A stretch of 64,000 nucleotides of DNA from Somniosus microcephalus (taxonomy: Eukaryota): NCBI GenBank assembly GCA_052327205.1, contig CM126218.1, positions 37,014,001 through 37,078,000 of the forward strand, read 5' to 3'. The position numbers were made by a program, and so were the translations under genes. Positions 62,758 to 64,000 of the stretch are shown here, in pieces (position 1 is the stretch's first letter; each line of letters opens with the position of its first letter). The notes beneath the pieces were generated by a model that had not been told where the DNA came from, did not search any database, and saw only the letters and a program-made list of their open reading frames with translations.

Positions 62758-64000
62758 TGTAATGATATCAGCAAATAGTGATGATATTTGTCTGTGTTTG
62801 ATTACTTATGCCTTACAGCATATTTGTCTGTGTTTTTGATTACTTGTGCCTGACCAGCAGAGGTCATGTGAGAGACAAGCAGTCCAGAGGAGTATTACTT
62901 TCAGTTTCATTCTAGATGCATCACAGCATAGTGTGTTCTGTAGAAAGTCTTGAACAAGACTTTAGATTAAACAACATTCTCTTTCAGAAATGAGTCGTTA
63001 TTGAACCCACAAAGAAAACAAAACATGATGTCAGAAGTGGCTGAAAGAGAAAAAATCTGAAGTTAGCAACTTGATGGGACAGTGAAAGCAGTTGTGGCAA
63101 GTAAGCGAAATCAGCTCTCCACATATTAGCAAGCCAGAAGAGAACATCGTTGCTTACCATTAGACAATAGCTAACGAAGTGAAAAATGGAAGGTTTACAC
63201 CCATCGGCGACGCTTCAATTAACAGGTAATGTGGCTGAAAATTGGAGAAGGTTCAAACAACGTTTAGAGTTGTATTTAGCGGCAATCGGAGCTGACAAGA
63301 AAAGTAATAAACAGAAATCGTCACTGTTCTTGCATGTCATGGGTGATGAAGCGCTGGAGGTGTATAATAACTTCACATTCGCTGTTGATGGGGACAAAAT
63401 GAAGCTAGATAAAATAATGGAACAGTTTGAGGCCTACTGCATACCTAAACGCAACGTGACCTTTGAGAGGCACAAATTTTTCACATGTGTGCAGAAAATC
63501 GGCGAGACTATTGATCAGTATGTGACTGAACTGAGAAACCGGAGCAAATCGTGTGAATTTGGGGGACTCACAGACTTGCTGATAAAAGACAGACTGGTGT
63601 GTGGTATTCGAGATAATGGTCTAAGGGAAAGACTGCTAAGAGAGCAAGATCTAGACCTGGGAAAAGCCATAGCACTGTGTAGGGTTACAGAGACTGTGAA
63701 GTTGCAGGCAAAGGAGCTGTTCAGTGACAGTAGCTGCAACGTGGATGCAGTGAGAAAGAACGGATACAAACCGTTTAACAAAGAGAGCGCCAATGTGAAA
63801 AAAGAGACGTGGCCAGCAAACGAAAATGAAAGAGACAATCGGAAGTCATGTAGTCGATGCGGTACACAGCATCCGCCAAGAAAGTGTCCAGCATATGGTA
63901 AAACATGCAATAGATGCAACAAAAACAACCATTATGCCCGTTGCTGCAAGAACCAAGTGCAACAAAGCAAGGTCCATGCAGTAGATGAAAGCGACATAGA
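62758..64000 (+). mobile_element. Gypsy (Mag-like) LTR retrotransposon, 5' portion: LTR ~62758-63025, PBS 63026-63040, gag
   Basis: TGTAAT...AAACA LTR with ATTAAA near 62967; PBS-like TGATGTCAGAAGTGG directly after CA; open gag downstream. The 3' LTR is outside the window, so LTR bounds are inferred. Confidence 0.85.
63186..64000 (+). CDS. Gypsy gag (polyprotein start), runs off the window; missing from the ORF track
   Basis: MEGLHPSATLQLTGNVAENWRRFKQRLELYL...ERHKFF...ETIDQYVTELR...CEFG...IKDRLVCGI...RERLLRE...; two Zn knuckles CSRCGTQHPPRKC and CNRCNKNNHYARCC; no stop to the window end. Confidence 0.92.
   Translation, partial: MEGLHPSATLQLTGNVAENWRRFKQRLELYLAAIGADKKSNKQKSSLFLHVMGDEALEVYNNFTFAVDGDKMKLDKIMEQFEAYCIPKRNVTFERHKFFTCVQKIGETIDQYVTELRNRSKSCEFGGLTDLLIKDRLVCGIRDNGLRERLLREQDLDLGKAIALCRVTETVKLQAKELFSDSSCNVDAVRKNGYKPFNKESANVKKETWPANENERDNRKSCSRCGTQHPPRKCPAYGKTCNRCNKNNHYARCCKNQVQQSKVHAVDESDI

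Overview
Vertebrate genomic DNA, most likely a cartilaginous fish: the CR1/HER1-type LINE 3' tail and the Penelope terminal repeats look like shark families (inference). The window lies inside one large minus-strand gel-forming mucin gene, MUC19/submaxillary-apomucin-like. At the right end are three exons closing the von Willebrand D3 assembly (60786-60911, 60259-60400, 58425-58456), then two short Thr-rich exons. From about 55325 to the left edge runs a tandem array of exon+intron cassettes. Each ~1.53-kb monomer carries one 60-nt, phase 1-1 exon encoding a 20-aa PTS repeat, E(I/T)TSPEVTPI(I/T)(T/P)TSTTSY(I/M/P)(P/T); 32 copies are in view. Monomers form A/B dimers of 3066 or 3069 bp, and about 13.3-37.8 kb is a 6135-bp higher-order repeat. 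One dimer holds a young, 5'-truncated CR1 LINE with an intact ORF2, joined to ORF1 by a U_UUA_AAC -1 slippery site. The diverged right-edge units and the unique introns hold a Penelope element (hammerhead remnants, nested CR1 fragment), a Harbinger-type MITE, an old CR1 fragment, a probable solo LTR and the 5' part of a Gypsy element. The recurring short ORFs in the track are chance ORFs in repeated intron DNA. The gene model rests on splice signals and frame continuity only; there is no transcript evidence.
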